Notes: generated from the sequence alone by a model not told the origin. DNA of 64,000 nt from Minisyncoccota bacterium (GCA_035708165.1 DASSSZ010000001.1:230884-294883), one strand, 5' to 3'. Counted from the first letter of the stretch, positions 1-10,525 are shown. A program made the numbers and translations.

Positions 1-2797
1 GCGCCGCGACGACGCCGACCGCCTCGCCGAGATCCACGAGCTCGCCCGTCGAGAGATCGTTGCCGTAGCACAGCTGGCAGACGCCGCGCAGCGTCCGGCA
101 CGTCATCGGGGAGCGGATCACTGCCGAGGAGATGTGCGCCGCTTCGATCGCTTGCGCGTCGTCATGGCTCACGAGGTGGCCTTTCTTGAAGGCCGTCTCC
201 CCCGCCGTGAGCTCCTCGACGAGCGTGCGGCCGGCGATCTGGTCGGCCGCGAGTCCTGCGCCCGCCTCGCGCTCGGCGATGCTGACGCCCTCCTTCGTGC
301 CGCAGTCGTGCTCGAGGATGATGACATCCTGCGCCACATCGAAGAGGCGGCGCGTGAGGTAGCCGGCCTTCGCCGTGTTGAGCGCGGTGTCGGCCATGCC
401 CTTGCGGGCGCCGTGGGTCGAGATGAAGTACTCGATCGGCGTCATGCCCTCCTTCATCGAAGCGATGATCGGGAAATCGATCGTCTCGCCGCGCGGGTTC
501 GCGATCATGCCCTTCATGCCGGCCATCTGGTTCAGCTGGCCGAGCGAGCCGCGGGCGCCGGAGACGATCATGTTATGCACGGAGCTCGTCGGGACCATCT
601 GCGAAGCCAGCTTCTCCTGGATCTTGGCCTTCACGCCTTCCCAGATCTCGATCGTGAGGCGCTTGCGCTCATCCTCCGTGAGGAGGCCCTCCTCATACTG
701 CTCCCAGAGATGCTTCACCGCTTCCTGGCCCTCGGCCACGAGCGTCTGCTTCTCAGCAGGGACGACCACGTCCGAGAAGCTCCAGGTGATGCCGGCGACA
801 GTCGAGTACTTGAAGCCGAACGCCTTGATCTTATCGAGGATCGCCGGGATGCCCGAGAGGCCGTAGCGCTTCACGAGCTCGTTGATGAGGCGGCCCATGC
901 GCTTCTTGGTCATCTCGTCGTTGATGTACGGGAAGTCGTTCGGCAGGACCGTGTTGAAGAGGAGCCGGCCGACCGTCGTCTCGAACGGCTTGCCCTCGTA
1001 CTGCGCGTACTTCGGGTTGTCCGACGGCAGGAGAAGGATCTTCGCGCGCAGGTCCACGTCGCCGAAGTCGTGCGCGGTGATCGCGATGTTCGTGGACGGG
1101 AATGCCTTGCCCTCGCCCTTCGCGCCCTCGATGACTTGCGTCATCCAGTAGCAGCCGAGGATGATGTCCTGGCTGGGGCCGGTGACGACCTCGCCCGAAC
1201 CGGGCTTGAGCACGTTCTTGTTGGCCGACATGATCTCGCGCGCCTCCATCTGCGCCTGCTCGGAGAGCGGCACGTGGACCGAGACGGTGTCGCCGTCGAA
1301 GTCGGCGTTGTAGGCGGCACAGACCAAGGGGTGCATCTGGATCGCCGAGCCCTCGATGAGGGTCGGGCGGAAGGCCTGGAAGCTGAGGCGATGCAGCGTC
1401 GGGGCGCGGTTGAGGAGCACGTACTTGCCCTCGATCACCTCCTCGAGGATCGCCCACACCTCCGGGACGCCGTCCTCGATGAGGCGGCCGGCGCCGCGGA
1501 TGTTGAACGCAAGCTCGCGCTCAAGGAGCCCATGGATGACGAACGGGCGGAAGAGCTCGAGCGCCATGTGCTTCGGGAGCCCGCACTCGTCGAGCGCGAG
1601 ATCCGGACCGACGACAATGACCGAGCGGCCCGAGTAGTCCACGCGCTTGCCGAGGAGGTTCTGGCGGAAGTAGCCCTGCTTGCCCTTGAGGTAGTCGGCG
1701 AGCGACTTCAGCGGGCGGCGGCGTCCGCCGAGGATGCCCGAGGTGCCGCCTCCGCGGCGCATCGAGTTGTCGAGGAGCGCGTCCACTGCTTCCTGCAGGA
1801 TGCGCTTCTCGTTGCGCAGGATCACTTCCGGCGCATGGATCGCCATGAGCTTCTTCAGGCGGTTATTGCGGTTGATGACGCGGCGATAGAGGTCGTTGAG
1901 ATCCGAGCTCGCGTGACGGCCGCCTTCGAGGGCGACCATGGGCCGCAGCGCCGGCGGGACGACCGGCAGCACGGTCATGAACATCCACTCCGGACGCACG
2001 TCCGCCTTCAGCATGCTCTGCGCGAGCGCGATGCGCTTGCGGAGCTTCTCGCGGTCGACGGCGTTCGCGTCCTCGTACTGCTTCTGGAGCGCCTCGATGA
2101 AGGCCGCGAGGTCGAGATTCTTGAGGATGTCATAGAGTGCTTCCGCGCCGATCGCCGCCTCGAACATGGCGCCGTAGCGCACGGCGAACGTGTGGTACGC
2201 CGCTTCATCGAGGACGACGCCTTCCTTGATGGACTCGATGTCGCGCTTGGCTGCGGTCGCGAGCTCCTTGAGCCGCGTCTTCTCCTTAGCGTCGATGGCG
2301 GCCTTCACCTTCATCTGGAGCTCGTTCTCGAGCTCCCGGAGGAGGCGCTGCTTCTCGCTATCGTCCACCTTCGTGACGATGTAGCTCGCGAAGTAGACGA
2401 CCTTCTCGACGTCCGTCGCCGAGAGCCCCATGAGGAGCGCGATCCTGCTCGGGATGCCGCGCAGGAACCAGATGTGCGAGACCGGCGTCGCCAGCTCGAT
2501 GTGGCCCATGCGCTCGCGGCGCACGATGGCGCGCGTCACTTCGACGCCGCACTTCTCGCACTCGATGCCCTTGAAGCGGATGCCGCGGTACTTGCCGCAG
2601 TAGCACTCGTAGTCCTTCTCCGGACCGAAGATCTTCTCGTCGAAGAGGCCGTTCTTCTCCGGGCGCTGCGTGCGGTAGTTGATGGTCTCAGGCTTCGTGA
2701 CCTCGCCGTGGCTCCACTCGAGGATGCGCTCCGGGGACGCGAGGCTGACCAGCAGCTTGTCGAACGTCTGCGGGATGATGTCTGCGTGTTTCTTCAT
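1..2797 (-). CDS. rpoC: DNA-directed RNA polymerase beta' subunit (5' part; runs off the window start)
   Basis: Manual translation from ATG 2797 gives MKKHADIIPQTFDKLLVSLASPERILEWSHGEVTKPETINYRT, Zn motif CYCGKY..CEKC, LNRAPTLHRL and catalytic NADFDGD; lies directly downstream of rpoB. Confidence 0.97.
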   Translation of the reverse strand, partial: MKKHADIIPQTFDKLLVSLASPERILEWSHGEVTKPETINYRTQRPEKNGLFDEKIFGPEKDYECYCGKYRGIRFKGIECEKCGVEVTRAIVRRERMGHIELATPVSHIWFLRGIPSRIALLMGLSATDVEKVVYFASYIVTKVDDSEKQRLLRELENELQMKVKAAIDAKEKTRLKELATAAKRDIESIKEGVVLDEAAYHTFAVRYGAMFEAAIGAEALYDILKNLDLAAFIEALQKQYEDANAVDREKLRKRIALAQSMLKADVRPEWMFMTVLPVVPPALRPMVALEGGRHASSDLNDLYRRVINRNNRLKKLMAIHAPEVILRNEKRILQEAVDALLDNSMRRGGGTSGILGGRRRPLKSLADYLKGKQGYFRQNLLGKRVDYSGRSVIVVGPDLALDECGLPKHMALELFRPFVIHGLLERELAFNIRGAGRLIEDGVPEVWAILEEVIEGKYVLLNRAPTLHRLSFQAFRPTLIEGSAIQMHPLVCAAYNADFDGDTVSVHVPLSEQAQMEAREIMSANKNVLKPGSGEVVTGPSQDIILGCYWMTQVIEGAKGEGKAFPSTNIAITAHDFGDVDLRAKILLLPSDNPKYAQYEGKPFETTVGRLLFNTVLPNDFPYINDEMTKKRMGRLINELVKRYGLSGIPAILDKIKAFGFKYSTVAGITWSFSDVVVPAEKQTLVAEGQEAVKHLWEQYEEGLLTEDERKRLTIEIWEGVKAKIQEKLASQMVPTSSVHNMIVSGARGSLGQLNQMAGMKGMIANPRGETIDFPIIASMKEGMTPIEYFISTHGARKGMADTALNTAKAGYLTRRLFDVAQDVIILEHDCGTKEGVSIAEREAGAGLAADQIAGRTLVEELTAGETAFKKGHLVSHDDAQAIEAAHISSAVIRSPMTCRTLRGVCQLCYGNDLSTGELVDLGEAVGVVAA

Positions 2798-2798
2798 A

Positions 2799-5700
2799 TT
2801 AGTAGAGGGAGTTAGCTGCCGACTCGTCGCCCTGGGCGCCGTCGAAGTGGATATCGATCCCGAGGCCGCGCAGGTGCCGGACCACGACGTTGAACGTCGC
2901 CGGCGTGTTGCTCTCGGTGATGCGCTTGCCGGAGACGATCGCATCGAACGCGGCAGAGCGGCCGAGGATGTCGTCGGACTTGATGGTGAGGATCTCGCGG
3001 AGCGTGTGCGCCGCGCCGTAGCCGAGGAAGGCCCAGACCTCCATCTCGCCGACGCGCTGGCCGCCCGACTGCGCCTTGCCGCCCAGCGGCTGCTGCGTGG
3101 TGAGCGAGTACGGGCCGATCGAGCGCATGTGGATCTTATCCTCGACCATGTGGTGGAGCTTCAGCATGTACATCATGCCGACGGCGATCGGCTGGCCGAA
3201 GCTCTCGCCGGTGCGGCCGTCGAAGAGCTCCTGCTTGCCGCTCTCGGCGAAGCCGGCCTTCACGAGCTCCTCGCGGATCTCCTCCTCGGAGGCGCCGGCG
3301 AAGCTCGGGACCACCGCCTGGTAGCCCAGGGCGTCTGCCGCGAGCCCGAGGTGGAACTCGAGGATCTGGCCGAGGTTCATGCGGGACGGCACGCCGAGAG
3401 GCGTCAGGATCATGTCGATCGGGTTGCCGTCCTTATCGAACGGCATGTCCTCCTCCGGCAGGATGCGGGAGATGACGCCCTTGTTGCCGTGGCGGCCGGC
3501 GAGCTTGTCGCCCACCGAGATGGTGCGCAGCTCGGCGACTTCCACGTGCACGCGCTTGATGACGCCGCTCTCGAGCTGGTCGCCGTTCTCGCGGCTGAAC
3601 ACCTTCACGCCGACCACGCGGCCGCGCTTGCCGGCGTCCATGCGCAGGCTGGTGTCCTTCACGTCCTTCGCCTTCTCGCCGAAGATCGAGTGCAGGAGGC
3701 GCTCTTCCGGCGTCAGCTGCGTCTCGCCCTTCGGGGTCACCTTGCCGACGAGGATATCGCCGGGGCGGACCTCCGCGCCGATGCGGACGATGCCGTCCTC
3801 ATCGAGGTTGCGGAGCTTGAACTCCGAGACGTTCGGGATGTCGTGGGTGGTGAGCTCTGGCCCGAGCTTGGTGTCGCGCACGACGCACTCGAACTCCTCC
3901 ATGTAGATGGAGGTGAAGCGCGCCTCCTTCGCGAGCCGCTCGGAGATGATGATGGCGTCCTCGTAGTTGTTGCCGGCCCAGGACATGAACGCGATGCGCA
4001 CGTTCTGGCCGATCGCGAGCTGGCCGTTCTCGGACGTCGAGCAGTCCGCCAGCACGTCGCCGCGGGAGACCTTCTCCCCCATCGAGACAGCCGGGCGCTG
4101 GTGCAGGACCGTCGAGTCGTTGCTGCGGGCGAAGTTCACGAGCGGGTACTCGATCGCCGTGCCCTTGGCGTTGGTGACGATGACCTTCTTCGCGTCCACG
4201 GCCGTCACGGTGCCTGCCTCCTTTGCAAGCACGAGGCGGCCCGAGTCGCGGGCGGTCGCCTCCTCGACGCCGGTCGCGACGAGCGGGGCCGACGGCAGCA
4301 CGCACGGCACTGCCTGCTTCTGCATGTTCGAGCCCATGAGGGCGCGGTTGGCGTCATCGTGCTCGATGAACGGGATGAGCGCGGTCGCCACGGAGAACGG
4401 CTGGTTGGTCGCCACCTCCATGAAGTCCACCTCCTCGCGCGATACGAGGATCGGCTCGCCTTCCTTGCGCACCTCCACCTGCTCGACCGTGATGCGGCCG
4501 GCGGCGTCGCGCGGGGTGCCGGCGTGCGCGATCGCGTAGCGCTCCTCGTCGAGCGCGTTCATGTAGGCGATCTCGCTCGTGATGACGCCGTTCTTGACCT
4601 TCGCGTACGGCGTCTCGATGATGCCGAACTCGTTCGGGCGCGCGTAGAGCGCCATGCGCAGCACGAGGCCGATGTTCTTTCCTTCCGGCGTGTGGATCGG
4701 GCACGCGCGGCCGTAGTGGCTCGAGTGCACGTCGCGTACCTCGAGCCCGGCGCGCTCGCTCGAGAGGCCGCCCTGGCCGAGCGTCGAGAGCGTGCGCAGG
4801 TTCTCGATCTCGCCCAGCGTGTTGTGCTGCTCCATGAGCTGCGAGAGCTGATTGCTCGTGAAGAACTCCTTGACCGCGGCCTGGAACGGGCGCGGGTTGA
4901 TGCAGGAGACCGGGAGCACCGTCTCGATGTCCATCGTGGACATGCGATCCTGCGTGTTGCGCTTCATGCGGCTCATGCCGATGCGCATGCGCGCGGCGAT
5001 GAGCTCGCCGACGAAGCGGACGCGGCGGTAGCCCAGGTGGTCGATGTCATCCGGCTCTGCGTCCGGCTTCGCGTTCTGCGCGATGATGTGCGCGACGATC
5101 GCCATCATGTCATCCACGGTGAGCGTCCCCTTGCCCGTGATGCCCGCCTCGCTGGTGTCCCAGCCGAAGCGGCGGTTGATCGTGTAGCGGCCGACCTTCG
5201 AGAGGTCGTAGCGCTCGGACGAGAGCATGCCCTCGACGTATGCGCGCGCCGTCTCCGGCGTGGTGACGTCGCCGTCGCGCAGCCGGCGGTAGATCTCGAG
5301 CGCGCTCTCCTGCGCGTTCGTCGCGGTGTCGTGCGCGAGGCTCGCCTTGAGCGCATCCTCGCCGCCTTCGATCGCCTTGAAGCGCTTCTCGATCTCCTTC
5401 TCGTCGGTGAGTCCCATGACGCGCAGGAGGTCCGTGACCGGGAACTTGCGCTTACGGTCGATCTTCACGGAGATGCCGCCGTCCGGGTCGGACTCCACCT
5501 CGATCCACACGCCGCGCTGCGGGATCACCTTCGCCGCGAAGTATCCGACGCCCTTGTAGGGCACGGCGTCGAAGAAGACGCCGTAGCTCCTCGTGAGCTG
5601 CGGGACGATGACGCGCTCGACGCCGTTGATGATGAACGTGCCGTGGTCGGTCATCCACGGGAAATTCGCGAGGAAGATCTCCTGCTCCTTCTCTTCGCCG

Positions 5701-6002
5701 GTGATCTTGTTCTTGAGCTTCGCCACCATCGTGAGCGGCGCCTCGAAGGTGAGCATCTTCTTCTTCGCGTAGTGCTCGTCGTACGCGGGCTTGCCGTACG
5801 TGAACTTGCTGAGCGTGAGCTCGAACTTCTTATTCGAATAGTCGGTGATCGGGGTGAACTCCTTGAACACCTCAGCCGAACCTTCCTCGATGAGCCAGCG
5901 GAAGGATTCGAGCTGCGGCTCCACGAGGTTCGGGAGCTCGACCAGCGGCTGCTGGTATTTGCCGAAGAATTTCTGTTCCCGGCGCGCGGTCTTCTTTGCC
6001 AT
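2799..6002 (-). CDS. rpoB: DNA-directed RNA polymerase beta subunit
   Basis: FIINGVERV, RDVHSSHYGRACPIHTPEG, GDKLAGRHGNKGV, LGVPSRMNLGQ, GGQRVGEMEVWA. Confidence 0.99.
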   Translation of the reverse strand: MAKKTARREQKFFGKYQQPLVELPNLVEPQLESFRWLIEEGSAEVFKEFTPITDYSNKKFELTLSKFTYGKPAYDEHYAKKKMLTFEAPLTMVAKLKNKITGEEKEQEIFLANFPWMTDHGTFIINGVERVIVPQLTRSYGVFFDAVPYKGVGYFAAKVIPQRGVWIEVESDPDGGISVKIDRKRKFPVTDLLRVMGLTDEKEIEKRFKAIEGGEDALKASLAHDTATNAQESALEIYRRLRDGDVTTPETARAYVEGMLSSERYDLSKVGRYTINRRFGWDTSEAGITGKGTLTVDDMMAIVAHIIAQNAKPDAEPDDIDHLGYRRVRFVGELIAARMRIGMSRMKRNTQDRMSTMDIETVLPVSCINPRPFQAAVKEFFTSNQLSQLMEQHNTLGEIENLRTLSTLGQGGLSSERAGLEVRDVHSSHYGRACPIHTPEGKNIGLVLRMALYARPNEFGIIETPYAKVKNGVITSEIAYMNALDEERYAIAHAGTPRDAAGRITVEQVEVRKEGEPILVSREEVDFMEVATNQPFSVATALIPFIEHDDANRALMGSNMQKQAVPCVLPSAPLVATGVEEATARDSGRLVLAKEAGTVTAVDAKKVIVTNAKGTAIEYPLVNFARSNDSTVLHQRPAVSMGEKVSRGDVLADCSTSENGQLAIGQNVRIAFMSWAGNNYEDAIIISERLAKEARFTSIYMEEFECVVRDTKLGPELTTHDIPNVSEFKLRNLDEDGIVRIGAEVRPGDILVGKVTPKGETQLTPEERLLHSIFGEKAKDVKDTSLRMDAGKRGRVVGVKVFSRENGDQLESGVIKRVHVEVAELRTISVGDKLAGRHGNKGVISRILPEEDMPFDKDGNPIDMILTPLGVPSRMNLGQILEFHLGLAADALGYQAVVPSFAGASEEEIREELVKAGFAESGKQELFDGRTGESFGQPIAVGMMYMLKLHHMVEDKIHMRSIGPYSLTTQQPLGGKAQSGGQRVGEMEVWAFLGYGAAHTLREILTIKSDDILGRSAAFDAIVSGKRITESNTPATFNVVVRHLRGLGIDIHFDGAQGDESAANSLY

Positions 6003-6148
6003 AGCGTGCTACGGACTAATGCCGAGCATCCCGGACGGACGGATGCTCGTCGCGTATAAATAGTCGCCCGGAACGAACCTGAGCGAGGATTTACTTTTAC
6101 GGGAAATGCGCAACCGGGACTCAATCAGGCACGCAAAAGTATGCGAGT

Positions 6149-6177
6149 ACTGTACCGCGCGCAAAGGGGTGCGTCAA
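6149..6177 (-). promoter_or_regulatory. Putative sigma70 promoter of rpoBC
   Basis: TTGACG-17 nt-TACAGT on the minus strand about 150 nt upstream of rpoB. Confidence 0.6.
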
Positions 6178-6327
6178 GCTAACCAGTACAGTATCCGGAT
6201 CGCTGGTGAAGAGAAGATGAAGCGTACAAATAGTCAGCGGGACCCGATCGAATCGGGTCCCGCCTTTTCGCCGCATTTTGCCCCCCAGAAGGATGGAAAA
6301 TGGCAAATATGCAGATTGGGTCGTTAC

Positions 6328-6534
6328 TCAGTCGCCGGAGACAGCCATGTTCGCTGCGATGCACCTGAGATCGACGATGCTCGGGTTGAGTCTGCGCTCA
6401 CCGCACCGCCGGTCCATCGCCTGCATGACCGTAATCATGCCCGCCCGTTCCAGGGCGCCCTCGCTGTGCAACCGCCCCAGTTCGTATTCGTACTGGCTGC
6501 TGCGCTGCGGCACTGATGACGATTTCTTCCCCAA
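6328..6534 (-). CDS. Small hypothetical protein (68 aa)
   Basis: TTG start preceded by AGGAGG; fills the rpoB-trmD gap; no recognisable motif. Confidence 0.35.
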   Translation of the reverse strand: MGKKSSSVPQRSSQYEYELGRLHSEGALERAGMITVMQAMDRRCGERRLNPSIVDLRCIAANMAVSGD

Positions 6535-6665
6535 TCTTTCCTCCTATGAGACTCCGCACGAGCGGAGTGAGAAAAACAGATCAATCCTGCATGCCTTTGG
6601 CCTTCATGGCATGCACCTGACCCGTTTTCGACGATACACCCTCCAGTGCTGTAGCGTCAAATGAA

Positions 6666-7400
6666 TTATGCACCGTCCTGCGGACGGGATGTACGCTTCA
6701 CGGATGCGCGCTTCGAGGCATTCTTCTTCGCGGTCTCGAGCCTGCCGCCGCGCCATTCCTCGAGGAGCGCATGGTGCCCGGAGAGGAGCACGGGCGGCAC
6801 GCGATGCCGCTTCCCCTTCCACGTGAGGATCTCAGGCCGCGTGTAGACGTCCGGCGAAGCGGTCCGTTCGTCTTCCCTGCTCTCGTTCTTGCCGAGGACG
6901 CCATTCACGTAGCGTGCAGCGGCATCGATGACGATGCCTGCGGCAAGCTCGCCGCCGGTCAGGACGTACGGGCCGACGGATACCGCCTTCGCCTTGAGGA
7001 TCTTCGGGACGCGCGCGTCGATCCCCTCATAGCGCCCGCACAAGAGCACCACGTGCTTCGCGCGGGCGAGCTCCTTCGCCATGCCGGCATCGAACTGCGC
7101 GCCTGAGGGCGAGAAGAAGAGCACGGTGACATCCTTCTTGCGGCCGATCGCCTTCTCTGCCGCCTTCAGCACCGGCTCGGGAGCGAGCACCATGCCCGGA
7201 CCGCCGCCGTACGGCCGGCGATCCACGCGCTCCCAGTGCTTCCCGCGCGTCGCGCCCTTCGCCGTGTCCGCGACGAAATCGCGCGGGTTGTAGTATGAGA
7301 CCGCGATCTTCTTGTCGTCCTGAGCGCGCCCGAGGATGGACGACTCGAAGTACGCCGCGATCGCCTCGGGGAAGAGCGTGATGATATGGAAATGGGTCAT
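6666..7400 (-). CDS. trmD: tRNA (guanine-N1)-methyltransferase
   Basis: ITLFPE, VDRRPYGGGPGMVL, CGRYEGIDAR, GPYVLTGGE. Confidence 0.97.
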   Translation of the reverse strand: MTHFHIITLFPEAIAAYFESSILGRAQDDKKIAVSYYNPRDFVADTAKGATRGKHWERVDRRPYGGGPGMVLAPEPVLKAAEKAIGRKKDVTVLFFSPSGAQFDAGMAKELARAKHVVLLCGRYEGIDARVPKILKAKAVSVGPYVLTGGELAAGIVIDAAARYVNGVLGKNESREDERTASPDVYTRPEILTWKGKRHRVPPVLLSGHHALLEEWRGGRLETAKKNASKRASVKRTSRPQDGA

Positions 7401-7419
7401 GATCGGGAGGCGATGCGCA

Positions 7420-7461
7420 TATCCATTTTAATTGCAATTTTAATTGCAATTAAAATGGATA
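7420..7461. repeat. AT-rich perfect inverted repeat (20-bp arms, 2-nt centre)
   Basis: tatccattttaattgcaatt-tt-aattgcaattaaaatggata, read directly. Confidence 0.9.
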
Positions 7462-7531
7462 GTGCTTTTTCCGGCGAGCTGCCGTGCGGCATTGCTGGCA
7501 CCCCGCCAGGGTCGGCCTCAGGCTGCCGTGG

Positions 7532-7846
7532 CTATGCGTCGAGATCCGCGAGGACATCGTCGACCGTGCGGTCGCGCGCAGGCTCGCTCGCCCGCATGCC
7601 GCCTTCCGGCTCGTTGATCTTGAGGTTCACGCGCGCGTCGTTCTTCATGCCGACGACGCGCAGGAGGGTGCGGATCGCCTTGGCGGTCGCGCCGGAACGC
7701 CCGATGATCTTGCCCATGTCGTCGGCATTGACGGTGAGGGTGAGGAGCACGCCCATCTCGTCGATCGTGCGCGTGATCGCGACGTCGTCCGGATGATCCA
7801 CCAGGGATTTGACTACGTATTCAAGGAAGGTCTGATCTCGTTCCAT
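7532..7846 (-). CDS. khpA: KH-domain RNA-binding protein (KhpA-like)
   Basis: LVDHPDDV, DDMGKIIGRSGATAKAIRTLL; canonical rpsP-khpA-trmD order. Confidence 0.9.
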   Translation of the reverse strand: MERDQTFLEYVVKSLVDHPDDVAITRTIDEMGVLLTLTVNADDMGKIIGRSGATAKAIRTLLRVVGMKNDARVNLKINEPEGGMRASEPARDRTVDDVLADLDA

Positions 7847-7937
7847 GGCTGTCGTTGCTATCGGTATCAGTAGTAAGGCGCACGCTGCTTCCTCATGCTA
7901 GCGTGCGCTCGCTGCGGGCGCAAATGAGAGCAGCGGA

Positions 7938-8354
7938 TTACGCGGCGGTCTCGTCGGTCGCCGGAGCCTCTTCGGCTGCGGGAGCCTCTTCGGCAGCTGG
8001 CGCTTCCTCGGCTTCAGGCGCGGGAGCCTCGGCTGCCGGCTCTGCCGGAGCGGCTTCCTCGGCCGGAGCCTCCTTCGCGATCGGCGTCTTCTTGGGGAGG
8101 ACGTTGATCTTCTCGCCCTTCACGATGCCGGCGGACACGAGCATGTTATGCACGGTGTCGGACGTCTTCGCACCCTTGCTCATCCAGTACGTGATGCGCT
8201 CCGCATCGAGCTGGCGCTCCTTCGTCTTCGGGTTGTACGAGCCCACGCGCTCGAGGAAGTTGCCCGTCTTCGGGCTCCTGGTGTGCTCGGCGACGACCAC
8301 GCGGAAGGCGGGGTCGTTCTTGCGGCCGGTGCGCTGCATGCGGATCTTCAACAT
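7938..8354 (-). CDS. rpsP: 30S ribosomal protein S16 with Ala/Glu/Pro-rich tail
   Basis: MLKIRMQRTGRKNDPAFRVVVAE..GSYNP; start moved to ATG 8354. Confidence 0.96.
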   Translation of the reverse strand: MLKIRMQRTGRKNDPAFRVVVAEHTRSPKTGNFLERVGSYNPKTKERQLDAERITYWMSKGAKTSDTVHNMLVSAGIVKGEKINVLPKKTPIAKEAPAEEAAPAEPAAEAPAPEAEEAPAAEEAPAAEEAPATDETAA

Positions 8355-8479
8355 ATGTGGCGGTACTCTACCAGAAGCGCGCCGCGGGGTCAACGAGGGG
8401 CGATCCGCCCGCGGCGGCGGCGGCATCCAGCCGGCAGTCCCGTTTCGACTTCGCTGCCGTTGTGTTGTATAGTCGCTGT

Positions 8480-10522
8480 GTGAACAACCGAGACGGGCGC
8501 CAGCACGAACAGCGCCGCAACCATCAGCACCATCAGTATCGCGACCGCTCAAGCGCGCCCTCGCGCGGCCCTGCCCCCGCTGCCGGCACCGAGTACGAAG
8601 GCGTCATCGCGGTCACCAGGAAAGGCGTCGGCTACTTCTCGCACGAGACGCTCCCGGAGGATCTCGAGATCGATCCCGGGAAGCTCAACTGCGCGCTGAA
8701 CGGCGACACGGTGATCGTGAAGGTCGCCGGCTACTCGCCGCGCGGCCGCCTGCAGGGCGAGGTCGCGAAGGTCGTCGCGCGCGCGACGACGCAGTTCGTC
8801 GGCACGCTCGTCGAGGAGAACGGGTTCCTGATCCTCCATCCCGACAACCAGCGCGTCTATATCCATATCCGCATCCCCGAGAGCGGGCGCACGCCCGAGG
8901 CGAAGGAGGGCTACAAGGCGCTGGTCGCGCTCGATGCATGGACTGATCCCCTCTCGCCGCCCATGGGCCGCGTCATCCGCGTGCTGGGGCCGGCGGGCCT
9001 CCACGAGACGGAGATGCAGGCCACGCTCGCGGCCCACGGCTTCGTGCCGGCATTCCCGCCCGCCGTCGAGCGCGAGGCCGAGGCGATCGCTGCCAGAGGC
9101 GCGGTATCCGCAGCGGACTATGCCGAGCGCCGCGATTTCCGCGATATCCTCACCTTCACGATCGACCCGACCGACGCGAAGGACTTCGACGACGCGCTCT
9201 CGTTCCAGGCGCTCGGCGACGGCGCGTGCGAGGTCGGCATCCACATCGCCGACGTGACCAACTACGTCCGCCCGGGCACGGCGCTCGATGCCGAAGCGCG
9301 CCATCGCGCGACGTCCGTCTACCTCGTGGACCGCACCATCCCGATGCTGCCGGAGGCGCTCAGCAACAACCTCTGCTCGCTCGTGCCGCACGAGGAGCGC
9401 CTCGCCTTCTCCGCCGTCTTCACCGTCGCGCATGACGGGCAGGTGACGGAGCGCTGGTTCGGCAAGTCGGTCATCCGCTCCGCGCACCGCTTCACGTATG
9501 AGAGCGCGCAGGAATCGCTCGATGGGAAGAGCGACGTGCATCGCGAAGCGCTCGCCGAGCTCGACCGCCTGGCGCAGATCCTGCGCCAGGAGCGCACCGC
9601 GAACGGCGCCATCTCCTTCGAGACGGATGAGGTGCGCTTCGAGCTCGACGCGGACGGCAAGCCGATCCGCGTGTACGTGAAGGAGCGCCTCGAGACGATG
9701 CGGATGATCGAGGATTGGATGCTGCTGGCGAACAAGGAGGTCGCCGAATTCATCAGCAGGAAAGCGCACGAGGACCGCGCGAGCGGCAAGGCGACCGATG
9801 AGACCTTCATCTATCGCATCCACGACGAGCCGGACACCGACCGCATCGAGGACCTCAAGATCTTCCTCCATGCGATCGGCCACGACCTCGGGCATAAGGA
9901 TGCCGCGAGCATCACAGGGCGCGACGTCAACAGGCTCCTCGCCGAAGTGCGGGGCACGCCGGAAGAGGCCGTCGTCCAGATGGCGACCCTGCGCTCGATG
10001 GCAAAGGCCGTATACAGCCATAAGAATGTCGGGCACTTCAGCCTCGGCTTCAAGCATTACACCCACTTCACCTCCCCCATCCGCCGCTACCCTGACATGA
10101 TGGTGCACCGCATCCTCGAGAGCCACCTGCACGGCGAGCCGCTCTCAGCGCATGAGCTCGAGAGCTACCGCACGGCAGCGATCCACTCGAGCGAACGCGA
10201 GGTGGAAGCCGTAGCAGCCGAGCGCGACTCGGTGAAGTACAAGCAGGTCGAGTTCATGCTGGGCAAGATCGGCCAGGAGTTCGATGGCGTCATCACCGGC
10301 GTCGGCGAGCACGGCGTCTTCGTCGCGGAGAAAGAGAGCCGCGCCGAGGGCATGGCGCACGTCTCCACGCTCGGCAACGACTACTTCGAGCTCGATCGGA
10401 AGCACTACTCGATGGTGGGCCGCTCGAGCGGCAAGAAATTCCGCCTCGGCGACGCGGTCAGGATCAAGCTCCTCGCCGCCGACCTTGAGAGCCGCCAGCT
10501 TGATTGGGGCATCGTCTCCTAG
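8480..10522 (+). CDS. rnr: Ribonuclease R (RNB family)
   Basis: FTIDPTDAKDFDDALS, HIADV, YTHFTSPIRRYPD, C-terminal S1 domain; GTG start inferred. Confidence 0.95.
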   Translation: MNNRDGRQHEQRRNHQHHQYRDRSSAPSRGPAPAAGTEYEGVIAVTRKGVGYFSHETLPEDLEIDPGKLNCALNGDTVIVKVAGYSPRGRLQGEVAKVVARATTQFVGTLVEENGFLILHPDNQRVYIHIRIPESGRTPEAKEGYKALVALDAWTDPLSPPMGRVIRVLGPAGLHETEMQATLAAHGFVPAFPPAVEREAEAIAARGAVSAADYAERRDFRDILTFTIDPTDAKDFDDALSFQALGDGACEVGIHIADVTNYVRPGTALDAEARHRATSVYLVDRTIPMLPEALSNNLCSLVPHEERLAFSAVFTVAHDGQVTERWFGKSVIRSAHRFTYESAQESLDGKSDVHREALAELDRLAQILRQERTANGAISFETDEVRFELDADGKPIRVYVKERLETMRMIEDWMLLANKEVAEFISRKAHEDRASGKATDETFIYRIHDEPDTDRIEDLKIFLHAIGHDLGHKDAASITGRDVNRLLAEVRGTPEEAVVQMATLRSMAKAVYSHKNVGHFSLGFKHYTHFTSPIRRYPDMMVHRILESHLHGEPLSAHELESYRTAAIHSSEREVEAVAAERDSVKYKQVEFMLGKIGQEFDGVITGVGEHGVFVAEKESRAEGMAHVSTLGNDYFELDRKHYSMVGRSSGKKFRLGDAVRIKLLAADLESRQLDWGIVS

Positions 10523-10525
10523 CGG

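Noticed and set aside
134-6059. Long plus-strand ORFs (893 aa and 1126 aa)
   Set aside because: Antisense shadows of rpoC and rpoB caused by high-GC codon bias; no motifs. The same applies to other long antisense ORFs such as 8549-10132, 22948-24792, 39855-41108 and 51676-52902.
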